From: an uncultured Candidatus Saccharibacteria bacterium
Lineage (GTDB): Bacteria; Patescibacteriota; Minisyncoccia; Phycocordibacterales; GWA1-40-21
DNA length: 64,000 bases
Direction of reading: 5' to 3'
NCBI GenBank assembly: GCA_964513515.1
Contig: CAZEMP010000003.1
Span: forward strand, 40,927-104,926
Below, in pieces: positions 9,934 to 20,232 of the stretch. Position 1 is the stretch's first letter; each line of letters starts with the position of its first letter. A program made the position numbers and the translations under genes. Under the pieces are notes generated by a model that ran no database searches, was not told the DNA's origin, and saw only the letters and a list, made by a program, of their open reading frames with translations.

Positions 9934-11153
9934 GTTGTTGTTTTTGAAAATATAGTATTAACTACTGCGCCAACTAGCCAAAACGGAGTAATGACTGGAT
10001 ATATAAACATAAAATAAAATAGCTCAGGTTTTAATTTTAACTTCTCATTGGATAGTTTCATTGATATAAAAATCAATATTAGGCTAAAAATGAGTGTTAG
10101 CATTGCCATCACTGATAACAAGCTTGTGTTTATATAAAATAAATCAAACTCTGGTCGACTTAAAGCAAACCCCACCATTTCAAACTTTGATATTTGATCT
10201 AATATTCTATCTATATTTGAGACAATAATATTTGTTGTAAAATAAAGCGCAGAAAATACTGACAATACTCCAAAAGGAAGTATAAACATACTTAACTCTC
10301 CATATTCTCTCTTAAACAACATGTGTTTATAGTCAATCATATTTTTTATAAAACCATAAGCCCACCTTAGTCTTTGTTTATAGAGCGTTTTAATTGTATT
10401 GGGAGGAACAGTAAAAACAAATGATCTGTGGCTATTTGCAATTTTAAAGTGGTTTTCTTGCATTCTTAATGCCATTTCAAGATCTTCTGTTAGATATGCG
10501 TGTTTGTAAATACCGATTTGATCAAATACTTTTCTGCGAAATATTGTAAATGGACCAGGAGTTATATGTAGTGAATTTACATATGTTAAAATTTTTCTTA
10601 CAAAGATACTCCAATTATATTCAACATTTTGCATCTGTTGTATAACATTATTTGCTTTGTGTATTTTTATTGCCGGTACAACCGCCATTATTTTTTGATT
10701 TTCAAAATAAGGGATCATGTTTTTTAAAGCATCTTTATGTACAAAAGAATCAGCATCAAGACAGCCAACAAGATCAGATTTGCTATTTTCTATACCAAAA
10801 TTTAAGGCAGTATATTTACCACCATTTTTTTTATGATGAACTTGTACTTGAGGATTATTTTTAAAGATATTAAGAACTTTCAATGTATCGTCTGTACTGC
10901 CATCATCAATTACCATTATTATTAATTTATCTTTAGGATAGTCCAAATTTAGTAAAGAATTAACTGTGTTTATAACAGTTTTACTTTCATTCCAACAAGG
11001 AACAATTATTGTTGTGGATGGCCAGTTTTGTTTCTTTATCTCTAAATACTCTTTTTTTATATTTTCTCTTTTCTCTAAATATGTAATCAGTAAGAATATT
11101 TCAAAATATAATGAAAAAAACAAGAATATTTGCATTATTAAATCCGAAATCAT
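9924..11153 (-). CDS. processive family-2 glycosyltransferase (PgaC/IcaA/NodC-like synthase)
   Basis: DDGSTDDT, DAD, TED and QRLRWAYG (QxxRW) motifs with N- and C-terminal TM helices. Confidence 0.8.
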   Translation of the reverse strand: MISDLIMQIFLFFSLYFEIFLLITYLEKRENIKKEYLEIKKQNWPSTTIIVPCWNESKTVINTVNSLLNLDYPKDKLIIMVIDDGSTDDTLKVLNIFKNNPQVQVHHKKNGGKYTALNFGIENSKSDLVGCLDADSFVHKDALKNMIPYFENQKIMAVVPAIKIHKANNVIQQMQNVEYNWSIFVRKILTYVNSLHITPGPFTIFRRKVFDQIGIYKHAYLTEDLEMALRMQENHFKIANSHRSFVFTVPPNTIKTLYKQRLRWAYGFIKNMIDYKHMLFKREYGELSMFILPFGVLSVFSALYFTTNIIVSNIDRILDQISKFEMVGFALSRPEFDLFYINTSLLSVMAMLTLIFSLILIFISMKLSNEKLKLKPELFYFMFIYPVITPFWLVGAVVNTIFSKTTTWR

Positions 11154-11238
11154 TTCAACAATATAGCACTTTTTTTTAGTTTAGAATAGGTAGTTTGTCA
11201 GGGTTTATCTTTTTATAATTTTCTGTATAATCATAAAT

Positions 11239-12009
11239 ATGAATATAGAAGATACAGAACAGATTACTATTCATGTACATCCGATTACTCGTGTTATTAA
11301 TGACATCAATAGAATTTTCTTTGAGATGGGTTTTACGCTTATTGATGGACCAGAACTTGAAACAGAATATTATAATTTCGATGCCTTAAACGTTCCAAAA
11401 GATCATCCCGCACGTGATATGCAGGATACTTTTTGGCTAAAACCAAACAAAGATTTTTCTGGAGTAGAAAGAAGACTCATGCGCACTCACACATCTCCAA
11501 TGCAGGTTCACTTTATGGAAGAAAATAAAGATCTGCCTTTCAGGATTATTTGTCCAGGAAAAACTTACAGAAAAGAAGCTACAGATGCTACACACGAAAT
11601 ACAGTTTCAGCAATTTGAGGGTTTGTTTGTGGATAAGAATGTTTCTTTAGCTACTCTAAAATCAGTTTTAAATAAGTTTTTTGATGAATTTTTTGAAAAA
11701 GACATTGAGGTTAGATTTAGACCGAGTTATTTCCCCTTTGTTGAGCCTGGAGCAGAAATAGATATATCTTGTTTTAAATGTGCCGGCAAAAATCCTAACT
11801 GTTCTATTTGTAAGGGTACGGGTTGGGTAGAGGTTATGGGGGCAGGATTAGTACATCCAAAGGTTTTGAAAAATGTTGGAATAGATTCTAATGAATGGAA
11901 AGGTTTTGCTTTTGGTGGATCCGTAGAAAGATTGGCAATGATGAAATACGGCATAGATGATATCAGACTTTTTTATTCCGGAGATCTAAGGTTGGTTAAT
12001 CAATTCTAA
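11239..12009 (+). CDS. pheS: phenylalanine--tRNA ligase alpha subunit (short form)
   Basis: Class II aaRS core: [45 protein letters not shown]; lacks long N-terminal extension. Confidence 0.9.
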   Translation: MNIEDTEQITIHVHPITRVINDINRIFFEMGFTLIDGPELETEYYNFDALNVPKDHPARDMQDTFWLKPNKDFSGVERRLMRTHTSPMQVHFMEENKDLPFRIICPGKTYRKEATDATHEIQFQQFEGLFVDKNVSLATLKSVLNKFFDEFFEKDIEVRFRPSYFPFVEPGAEIDISCFKCAGKNPNCSICKGTGWVEVMGAGLVHPKVLKNVGIDSNEWKGFAFGGSVERLAMMKYGIDDIRLFYSGDLRLVNQF

Positions 12010-12010
12010 A

Positions 12011-13939
12011 ATGAAAGTTTCTTATAATTGGCTAAATGAATATTTGAATACAAAAGCTCCAAGTCCAGAAAAGGTTTCAGAACTTTTGACTATGCATTCA
12101 ATGGAAGTCGAGGGATTAGAAAAAGTTGGAGAAGATACGGTTTTAGATGTAAAAACTCTTCCCAATAATAATCATAGCTGTCTTTGTCATAGAGGTATTG
12201 CTCGTGAGATTGGAGCCTTAGTAAAAATTAAACCAAGCCTATATTCAAGAAATTTTATCAACTTAGAAGCTAAACCTTCAAGTGAGAGAAAGCTTACAAT
12301 CAAGATTGAAAATAAAGATCTTTGTAGAAGATATGCAGGTAGGATAATAGAGAATATAAAAGTCGGTTCCTCACCAGATTGGCTAAAAAATAAACTTGAG
12401 ACTCTTGGCCAGAGATCAATAAATAACATTGTGGATGCTACAAACTTTGTAATGCTTGAAATCGGTCAGCCATTGCATGCTTTTGATGCGGATAAAATGG
12501 ATTCAATGATAGTTGTAAAAAATGCTACAAATGGTCAGAAAATAAATACTTTAGATAAAAAAGAAGTAATCTTAGATGAAAGCGTTTTATTAATAACAGA
12601 TGGAAAAAATCCGTTAGCAATTGCTGGTGTTAAGGGAGGTAATTTTGCCGAACTTGAGGTAAATACTAAAAATATAATTTTGGAATCTGCAAATTTTAAC
12701 CCAGTTTTAATAAGAAAAACAGCACAAAAAATAAAAATACAAACCGACGCATCAAAAAGATACGAAAACGATCTTACACCAGAGCTTGTTCTTGAAGCAA
12801 TGGATATTTTGACTAGTCTCATTGTGGAAATAGCTGGAACTAAAGATACAAAGATTGGGGAAATAGTAGATAATTATCCAAACAAAGCTGAGAAAGTAAA
12901 GCTCGGTATATTAAAAGATGAAGCCGGCTCTATAATAGGAGCTGATATATCAGAATCAGACATTGAAGATGTTTTTAATAGACTTGGCTTTGATTGGTAT
13001 AAAGATAGAAATCAATTTGTGGTGAATATACCTAGTGAAAGACTAGATTTAAGAATAAAAGAAGATTTGGCAGAAGAAATAGGTAGAATATATGGATATG
13101 AAAAAATAAAGAATATATCAGTTCCTAAGATTGATAATAAACTAAAGATAGATAAAGCTTTTGTTTATAAGGAAAAAATACGAAGAGTTCTTTATGAAGA
13201 GGGTTTTTCTGAAGTAATAAATTATACTTTTACGAATAAAGGGGATATAGAAGTTGCAAATCCAATGTCACCTGACAGGAGTTTTTTGAGAACAAATCTT
13301 ACAGACGGCTTGGCTGAAGCGCTACTTTTTAACAGTAGATATTCTGAAATAGTGGAAATGCCACAGATAAAAATCTTTGAATTTGGACATGTGTTTAAAA
13401 AAAGTGGTGAAGAGAATAATTTTGTAATTGGTGTAAAAAATCCACTAGGAATTAAAAAACATAAAGAAAAAGATGTGTTGGAAAATGCACTAAAAGTTCT
13501 TTTGGAAAAGCTAAATCTTAAATTACAAAAAATAAATAAAGATGAAAATATTGCTGAGTTTAATTTTGGCAATATGATCGAAAAATTACCTGAAGCGAAT
13601 GAATATGATTTTTCTGAAGTTGGCGACAAAAATAAAAAATATAATAAAATATCTCATTTTCCATTTATGATTCGCGATATTGCTGTTTTTACAGAAGAGG
13701 GTACAAAAGCTGAAGAGGTTTTTTCTATTATAGAAAAAGAAGCAGGAAATCTTATGATAAAAAACAAACTTTTTGATGTATTTACTAAGACTTTTCCTGA
13801 TGGGTCTACAAAAACATCATACGCATATAGATTGGTATTTCAGTCGTATGAAAGGACACTCACTGATTTAGAAGTTAATAAGATAATGGAGAAAATTACG
13901 GAAAAGATGAATTCTAAAGATGGTTGGCAGGTTAGATAA
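12011..13939 (+). CDS. pheT: phenylalanine--tRNA ligase beta subunit (short form)
   Basis: MKVSYNWLNEYL start typical of PheT, B3/4 and B5 region similarity; immediately follows pheS. Confidence 0.85.
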   Translation: MKVSYNWLNEYLNTKAPSPEKVSELLTMHSMEVEGLEKVGEDTVLDVKTLPNNNHSCLCHRGIAREIGALVKIKPSLYSRNFINLEAKPSSERKLTIKIENKDLCRRYAGRIIENIKVGSSPDWLKNKLETLGQRSINNIVDATNFVMLEIGQPLHAFDADKMDSMIVVKNATNGQKINTLDKKEVILDESVLLITDGKNPLAIAGVKGGNFAELEVNTKNIILESANFNPVLIRKTAQKIKIQTDASKRYENDLTPELVLEAMDILTSLIVEIAGTKDTKIGEIVDNYPNKAEKVKLGILKDEAGSIIGADISESDIEDVFNRLGFDWYKDRNQFVVNIPSERLDLRIKEDLAEEIGRIYGYEKIKNISVPKIDNKLKIDKAFVYKEKIRRVLYEEGFSEVINYTFTNKGDIEVANPMSPDRSFLRTNLTDGLAEALLFNSRYSEIVEMPQIKIFEFGHVFKKSGEENNFVIGVKNPLGIKKHKEKDVLENALKVLLEKLNLKLQKINKDENIAEFNFGNMIEKLPEANEYDFSEVGDKNKKYNKISHFPFMIRDIAVFTEEGTKAEEVFSIIEKEAGNLMIKNKLFDVFTKTFPDGSTKTSYAYRLVFQSYERTLTDLEVNKIMEKITEKMNSKDGWQVR

Positions 13940-13948
13940 TAAAAATAT

Positions 13949-14461
13949 ATGAAACTAGTCATGTTAAATGGAAGTTCAACCTCAGGCAAAACTACCATTA
14001 TAAAGAATATAATTAAGGAGAAGAAACATTATTTTCGTATATCATACGATTCACATAAATGGTCATTTTCTCAATACCAGCCAGATAAGCATCGCTTAGA
14101 TATTCAAAAAGTTATGTTGGCTGTTGCGGAGGCGGTATTTAAGATGAAATATAATATAATCTCTGACGCAACATTATACAAAAAGTTTAGAAAAAAACTC
14201 ATAACATTAGCAAAAAAACATAAATATGAAATATTGGAAATAAATCTTGAAGCTGATTATGAAGTCTTAGCAAAAAGATTTGATGAAAGGGTTGAAAACG
14301 CCAAATTAAACCCAGAAAAGAGAATATCCAATACATCAAAAGACAGATTTAAAGAACTTCACGATATCTTTCATAAGGAAAAAAATCCATCAGCGATTAC
14401 TTTAAGAACAGATATAAAAACTGAAAAAGAAATTTTGGAGAATATATTTAAACTATTATAG
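13949..14461 (+). CDS. P-loop kinase, chloramphenicol-phosphotransferase-like (CPT) family
   Basis: MLNGSSTSGKTT Walker A at extreme N-terminus, ~170 aa, as in CPT-like AAA_33 kinases. Confidence 0.5.
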   Translation: MKLVMLNGSSTSGKTTIIKNIIKEKKHYFRISYDSHKWSFSQYQPDKHRLDIQKVMLAVAEAVFKMKYNIISDATLYKKFRKKLITLAKKHKYEILEINLEADYEVLAKRFDERVENAKLNPEKRISNTSKDRFKELHDIFHKEKNPSAITLRTDIKTEKEILENIFKLL

Positions 14462-14510
14462 AGCTTTTTACTACACAAGTATTTTGGTATACTACCTATA
14501 GTAAATTATT

Positions 14511-16802
14511 ATGAGTAATAAAAGTAATATATTAAGTTCAACAAAAAGAACACAAACTCTTCTGGGCTTACTGGCATTTTTATTATTTTTAGTCTTAATT
14601 ACCTATTATCTTACTCTAACACCTGTTAACAGAAGGATTAATGACACGATTCAATTTGCGACAGCTTTTGAACCTGCGTTAAATATATCAATTACTTATC
14701 CTAGTCAAGATAATGCGGTTGGTTTTGGTTTGGCTACTATCACCGCCACAGTGTCTGAACCCGAACGTATAACAGGGGTTAGATTTTTTATTCATTTTCC
14801 TGGTAGTGATTGTACAGATGGTCTCCCTGACGCTGATATATGTATTATTCACGACCACAATACTGGTAATTCTGATATTACAGCCGCCCCATATTCAATT
14901 ATTGCCGACAGTACACAAGTTCCTGATGGTCAATATACAATTTATGCAACTGCTTATGATAATAACGGAAATACTGCAACAGCAGAAAGAATTGTTCAAA
15001 TTCAGAATAATCCACCACCAAGTAGTGGGGGTGGAGGAGGATTTGATGAACCAGTACCACCTCCAATTGTTCCTATAGAAATAAATTTTGCAGCATCATC
15101 CACGTCGGTTAACCAGGGTTCTTCCACAAGTCTTTTTTGGGAAACTACAGGAGCAGATTCATGTAATATTACAAAAGATAATATTCAATGGGGAACAGGC
15201 ACATCGTCATCTCAGTACTCACCACCACTTTCTTCAGGTCCTATTTTTGTAACAACTAATTTTCAAATTACATGTACAAATAGTAATAACTCAGCATCAA
15301 AATCTATTGATGTATCAATTGCATTGATTAGAGTTGTAACATTAAATTTAACATCAGCTACTACGTCAGTACTATCAGGAAGTTCTACAACTATATCTTG
15401 GGATACGACAAGTGCTGACTCTTGTAATGTTTTAAAAAATGGTACTTCTTTTTCTACAGCAACATCTAGTAACGGTATAAGTTCTGGAGCACTTTCAACC
15501 ACAACAAATTTTATTGCAACATGTTTAAATAATGATAGTTCAGAAACAAAATCTATAACTATAAATATAATAGGTGAATCATTGCCACCACCTCCACCAC
15601 CAAGTAATACAGTTCAACCACCACGAAGAGGCGGACAAATAGGTGGCGGGGGCGATACAGAAGTAATGCCTATAATTATACCTACTTCAAGTACCAGCAC
15701 ATCAGATATTCAATCACCAAGCATAGTTGAATCTATTAAACAAAGTTATGATCAAGCTGTTATTGTTGTGGAAGAAGTAGTCCAGAAAGCAGCAGAAGTA
15801 GCAGAAGAATCCCTAAAAGTAACTAAAGAAATAGTAAATACTCCTACCGGCTCTGTTGTGACAAAGGCAGTTTCCACAACAGGTATAGTAGCTGGAGCCA
15901 GCGCTTCTATAGGGACAGTAGCTTTTGCAAACCCTGTAGCGATTGCCGAAATTTGGCTCATTCCTGCTAAATTATTTGGAATACTTATGGGGGCACTCGG
16001 TATTAGAAAAAAGGGTAGACAGTGGGGAACGGTATTTGATTCTGTTACAAAGAGACCTTTAGACCCTGTATATGTATCACTTATTGATACTGAAACTGAT
16101 AAAGAAATATCTGGAGCTATCACTGATATAGACGGAAGATATGGCTTTTCGGTTCTTCCAGGAAAATATAAGATTCAAGTAAAGAAAACAAACTACATTT
16201 CACCTTCAGTAATAATGAAAGGTAGATTTTCTGATGAGGTTTACAATGATCTATATTTTGGTGAAGAATTGCAAATAAAAAGTGGTGGTGAAATAATTAC
16301 AAAAAATATTCCTATGGACTCACTTTCTTTTGATTGGAATGAATTTGCAAAAACCAAGATGAATGTAAATACTTTTATAAAAACAAAAGATATACTTTGG
16401 GCAAAAATATCGAATATTTTATTTGCACTCGGTTCTATAATATCTTTAGTTGCTGTAATTGCTGCACCTGCACCTTACAATATAATCATTGCTGTATTTT
16501 ATGTTATAGCTTATATTGTCAACAATACCGTTTGGAAGACAAAAAAATCTGGTATCTTAAGGGAAAAAAAGACAAATATTCCGTTATCATTTGCAATAGT
16601 AAAAATATATAGAGAAGGCGAGACGGCTCCGGCTGTAAAAAAAATTGCAGATAAATTTGGTGCATATTATTCTTTGGTGCCAAATGGTAGATATTTCTTG
16701 GAAATAGACAAAAAGAATGATGACGCAACATATACCAATGTATTACGTACAGAAATTATGGATATAAAAAACGGTATTATCAACTCAGATTTTGAGCTAT
16801 AA
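14511..16802 (+). CDS. large cell-surface protein with tandem Ig-like repeats, Pro/Gly linkers, TM segments and CarboxypepD_reg-like domain
   Basis: N-terminal TM; two ~80-aa repeats (..SSTSVNQGSSTSLFWETTGADSCNI.. / ..TTSVLSGSSTTISWDTTSADSCNV..); PPPSSGGGGG and PPPPPPSNTVQPP linkers; ITDIDGRYGFSVLPGKYKI motif; C-terminal TM helices. Confidence 0.55.
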   Translation: MSNKSNILSSTKRTQTLLGLLAFLLFLVLITYYLTLTPVNRRINDTIQFATAFEPALNISITYPSQDNAVGFGLATITATVSEPERITGVRFFIHFPGSDCTDGLPDADICIIHDHNTGNSDITAAPYSIIADSTQVPDGQYTIYATAYDNNGNTATAERIVQIQNNPPPSSGGGGGFDEPVPPPIVPIEINFAASSTSVNQGSSTSLFWETTGADSCNITKDNIQWGTGTSSSQYSPPLSSGPIFVTTNFQITCTNSNNSASKSIDVSIALIRVVTLNLTSATTSVLSGSSTTISWDTTSADSCNVLKNGTSFSTATSSNGISSGALSTTTNFIATCLNNDSSETKSITINIIGESLPPPPPPSNTVQPPRRGGQIGGGGDTEVMPIIIPTSSTSTSDIQSPSIVESIKQSYDQAVIVVEEVVQKAAEVAEESLKVTKEIVNTPTGSVVTKAVSTTGIVAGASASIGTVAFANPVAIAEIWLIPAKLFGILMGALGIRKKGRQWGTVFDSVTKRPLDPVYVSLIDTETDKEISGAITDIDGRYGFSVLPGKYKIQVKKTNYISPSVIMKGRFSDEVYNDLYFGEELQIKSGGEIITKNIPMDSLSFDWNEFAKTKMNVNTFIKTKDILWAKISNILFALGSIISLVAVIAAPAPYNIIIAVFYVIAYIVNNTVWKTKKSGILREKKTNIPLSFAIVKIYREGETAPAVKKIADKFGAYYSLVPNGRYFLEIDKKNDDATYTNVLRTEIMDIKNGIINSDFEL

Positions 16803-16933
16803 ATTTTTGCAATAATAATCCCTATATTATAGATACTTTTTCTGCTTTTTATTCAAAATATGTGCTAATTTTGCCTTTCTTTTATATATCAAATTTGCTA
16901 TAATAGCTGTATAAAATAAAGATAAAATTACTT

Positions 16934-19039
16934 ATGGCAAAAGAAAAAGAAGTAAAGAAAGATGGTCACTATGGAGCAAGCTCGATACAGGTCCTTGAAG
17001 GGTTAGAACCGGTCAGAAAGCGCCCTGGAATGTACATTGGAACTACTGGTCCAGACGGATTACAACATCTTATAACTGAGATTTTTGACAACTCACGCGA
17101 TGAAGCAATGGGCGGTTTTTCAAATCACATTGAGGTTGTTTTATTGCCAGGAAATAGAGTGAGAATAACAGATAATGGAAGAGGTATCCCAGTAGATATT
17201 CATAAACAAACAAAAGTTTCAGCACTTGAAACTATTATGACCGTACTTCATGCCGGAGGAAAATTTGGAGGAGAAGATACCGGATATAAAGTTTCTGGAG
17301 GACTTCATGGAGTAGGAGCTTCTGTAGTAAATGCACTTTCTACTTATATGAAAGTTATTGTTCATAAAGACGGGGCTGTTTATACACAAGAATATTCAAA
17401 AGGAAAAGTAAAATTTGCTGTAAAGAAAATTGGTAAAACAGATAAACACGGAACAATAGTTACTTTTGAGCCAGATCCTGAAATTTTTAAAGAAGGAGTT
17501 GTTTTTGATTTCAACAGAGTCGTCTCTCATATGAGACAGCAAGCTTACTTGGTAAAAAGTTTGAGAATTACAGCTATAGATGCGCGAGAGGCAACAGAAA
17601 AGTTTAATGAAAATGAAGTTTTCTATTTTACAGAACTCGGTTTGGAAGCACCATCACAATCTTTCTGCTTTGAAGGAGGTTTATTGTCTTTGGTTAAGTT
17701 TTACAATCAATTCCAAAAGCCAATACATAAAAGTGTTTTTTATATTGAGAAGAAAGCAGCAGGTGTGGAGTCGGTGGAGGTTTCTTTGCAGTACGTAGAC
17801 GATATTTCTTCCAGAATGCTTGCTTTTGCAAACAATATTGAAACTCCAGAAGGAGGTACTCATGTTACTGGTTTCAAAACTTCTCTTACAAGATCTTTAA
17901 ATAGTTATGCAAGAAAAAATAATCTTACAAAAGAAAGTGAAGACAATTTTACTGGAGATGATGTACTTGAAGGTCTTACTGCTGTAGTTTCTGTTAAGAT
18001 CCGTGAAATACAGTTTGAAGGACAGACTAAAGCAAAGCTCGGGTCTGTAGAGGCACGAGGGGCAGTAGAGGAAGTCTTTGGAGAGGCTTTTGGCATGTTT
18101 CTTGAGGAAAACCCAGATGATGCAAGATCCATAATCTCTAAGGCAATTTTGGCCCTAAAAGCGAGAAAAGCTGCTAAAGCTGCAAAGGATTCTATCCTTC
18201 GTAAAGGTGCACTTGAAGGTATGACACTTCCCGGAAAGCTAGCAGACTGCCAGAGCAAAGATGCTTCAGAATCAGAGCTTATTATTGTGGAGGGAGATTC
18301 TGCAGGAGGTACCGCAAAAATGGGAAGAGATAGAAGAACGCAAGCCATCCTTCCACTTAGAGGTAAGATTTTGAATGTAGAAAGAGCAAGACTCGACAAA
18401 ATGCTTGATTCTGAACAGATTAAAAATCTCGTTGTTGCACTCGGTGCGGCTATTGGAGATACATTTGATATTGAAAAATTGAGATATCATAAAATAATTA
18501 TTGCTACCGATGCGGACGTGGACGGAGCACACATTAGAACTCTTTTGCTCACTTTGTTTTATAGATACTTTAAACCCCTCATATCCATGGGACATATCTG
18601 TATAGCCCAACCACCACTTTATAAAGTTAAAATTGGTAAGGATTTACATTATTTCTATTCTGAAGAAGAGAAGGATTCATTTTTTAAGAAATCTAAAATT
18701 TCTGATAGTGAGATAAGTGAAGAAGATTCTTCATCTGAAGAAGTGATGGCAGAAAATGCTGAAGTGGCAGAAGTGGAAGCAAAGGGCGGTGGTTCTATTA
18801 AGCTCGCTACAGGAAAAGCTCCGAAAGTTTCAGTTCAAAGATATAAAGGTTTGGGAGAAATGAACTCAGATGAGCTTTGGGAGACAACTCTAGATCCTGT
18901 AAGAAGAATGATGAAAAGAGTTACTATAGAAGATGCTCAAGAAGCAGATAAAATATTTGATATGCTTATGGGAACAGATGTTCCATCAAGAAAGGCTTTC
19001 ATACAATCAAATGCGAAGTTAGCGAATATAGATATTTAG
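16934..19039 (+). CDS. gyrB: DNA gyrase subunit B
   Basis: GHKL ATPase motifs (GLHGVGASVVNALS), TOPRIM EGDSAGG, C-terminal QRYKGLGEMN; acidic Ser/Glu-rich insertion near C-terminus. Confidence 0.95.
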   Translation: MAKEKEVKKDGHYGASSIQVLEGLEPVRKRPGMYIGTTGPDGLQHLITEIFDNSRDEAMGGFSNHIEVVLLPGNRVRITDNGRGIPVDIHKQTKVSALETIMTVLHAGGKFGGEDTGYKVSGGLHGVGASVVNALSTYMKVIVHKDGAVYTQEYSKGKVKFAVKKIGKTDKHGTIVTFEPDPEIFKEGVVFDFNRVVSHMRQQAYLVKSLRITAIDAREATEKFNENEVFYFTELGLEAPSQSFCFEGGLLSLVKFYNQFQKPIHKSVFYIEKKAAGVESVEVSLQYVDDISSRMLAFANNIETPEGGTHVTGFKTSLTRSLNSYARKNNLTKESEDNFTGDDVLEGLTAVVSVKIREIQFEGQTKAKLGSVEARGAVEEVFGEAFGMFLEENPDDARSIISKAILALKARKAAKAAKDSILRKGALEGMTLPGKLADCQSKDASESELIIVEGDSAGGTAKMGRDRRTQAILPLRGKILNVERARLDKMLDSEQIKNLVVALGAAIGDTFDIEKLRYHKIIIATDADVDGAHIRTLLLTLFYRYFKPLISMGHICIAQPPLYKVKIGKDLHYFYSEEEKDSFFKKSKISDSEISEEDSSSEEVMAENAEVAEVEAKGGGSIKLATGKAPKVSVQRYKGLGEMNSDELWETTLDPVRRMMKRVTIEDAQEADKIFDMLMGTDVPSRKAFIQSNAKLANIDI

Positions 19040-19080
19040 GCAGGAAGTAGCTCGTAGCTTCTTAACTTTTTAGAAAAATA

Positions 19081-19124
19081 CAAAGAGGGGTTTCGGCAAA
19101 GCCGAAACCCCTCTTTGTATTTTT
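19081..19124. terminator. bidirectional hairpin terminator
   Basis: caaagagggg-tttcggc-aaa-gccgaaa-cccctctttg perfect long hairpin flanked by A-run and T-run. Confidence 0.8.
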
Positions 19125-19162
19125 CTAGAAGCTAGAACCTAAAATCTAGCACCTAGTTTAGT
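19125..19162. repeat. CTAG-heptad short tandem repeat (ctagaag ctagaac ctaaaat ctagcac ctagttt)
   Basis: 7-bp periodic CTAGnnn units; related array at 28553-28630. Confidence 0.5.
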
Positions 19163-20147
19163 ATACAAACGTACTACATGATTTTGTTAGTATTGAACCA
19201 TTATTATTCACAGTGACGGTGGCTATTTTTGTTCCAGGAGAAGAATATGTTGTGGTTACTGAATTTTGATTCGAATAAAATGGATTTGATGGGTCTGATC
19301 CAGTCCAAGAGTATGAATAGTAGCCATTTCCACCAGAAACTACAGCATACCAAGTTACAGGGCTACCTACATATGATGTTTGTGGATAAGCATAACAATT
19401 TACACTTAAATTTGACCAACTATACAAAGTTCCGTATGGAAGAGTTATTGAGGGATTACTTCCATAGTTATAATTATAATTGTAAGAAGTACCTTCTATT
19501 TTAATAGGAACTGTAAGTAGGTTATTACTTTCAGAAACCTCTTCAATCATATTTAGTGGATCGGCTGTGATATATGCGTTATTTACACCTGTAGTTATTG
19601 GGCTATCAAATGTTGTTGTGAAAATAATCCTATCTCCTGGCTTTATAGAAACCTGATCTTCTGAATCGTAATAAGGAGTTGTTCTTGATGGTGTATTGAT
19701 TCTAAGTCTCCATGCACCAGTTACATTTGTTCCTATATTTTTTACTTGAAATCTAATTGCGATTTCGTCATTAAATCCTACATAATTTGTTGGAATAAAC
19801 TGTTTAGTTGTAGGATCTAGAATACCAGTACTGATAAGGGTAATCTCAAAGTCTGGATAACCTGAATATTTTTTTTGTACAGGTGAAGATACTGTTTTAT
19901 TTTCTGTTGCATTTGTAGTGTTCTCATTAGCATCATTTGCCTCTTTAGAAGATTTTTCCACGTCTGAAACAAGCATTGATGAAAGGGTGGTGGATACAAA
20001 GTTTGTACCATTACCAACCATATAGGGGATAGCCTTAAATGGAATCCATACCAAAAGTAATACTGCAAGGACAATTCCTGCTGGCATTAGTGCTGCATAG
20101 AATGATTCAAGCAACTTTTCCTTAGTTATTTTTGTGTCTTTTTCCAT
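19158..20147 (-). CDS. membrane-anchored surface protein with CARDB-like domain and Y/S/N-rich C-terminus
   Basis: N-terminal TM; EITLISTG..FQVKNIGTNVTGAWRLRI resembles CARDB; NYNYNYG and SGGNGYYSYSWTG low-complexity. Confidence 0.45.
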   Translation of the reverse strand: MEKDTKITKEKLLESFYAALMPAGIVLAVLLLVWIPFKAIPYMVGNGTNFVSTTLSSMLVSDVEKSSKEANDANENTTNATENKTVSSPVQKKYSGYPDFEITLISTGILDPTTKQFIPTNYVGFNDEIAIRFQVKNIGTNVTGAWRLRINTPSRTTPYYDSEDQVSIKPGDRIIFTTTFDSPITTGVNNAYITADPLNMIEEVSESNNLLTVPIKIEGTSYNYNYNYGSNPSITLPYGTLYSWSNLSVNCYAYPQTSYVGSPVTWYAVVSGGNGYYSYSWTGSDPSNPFYSNQNSVTTTYSSPGTKIATVTVNNNGSILTKSCSTFVY

Positions 20148-20232
20148 ATTTTTGATTAAGTTAATGAGCCACTATTGTACACTACTTGACTTTTAGTGTC
20201 AAGTTGATACAATTGTCACGAAATCCTGCATT

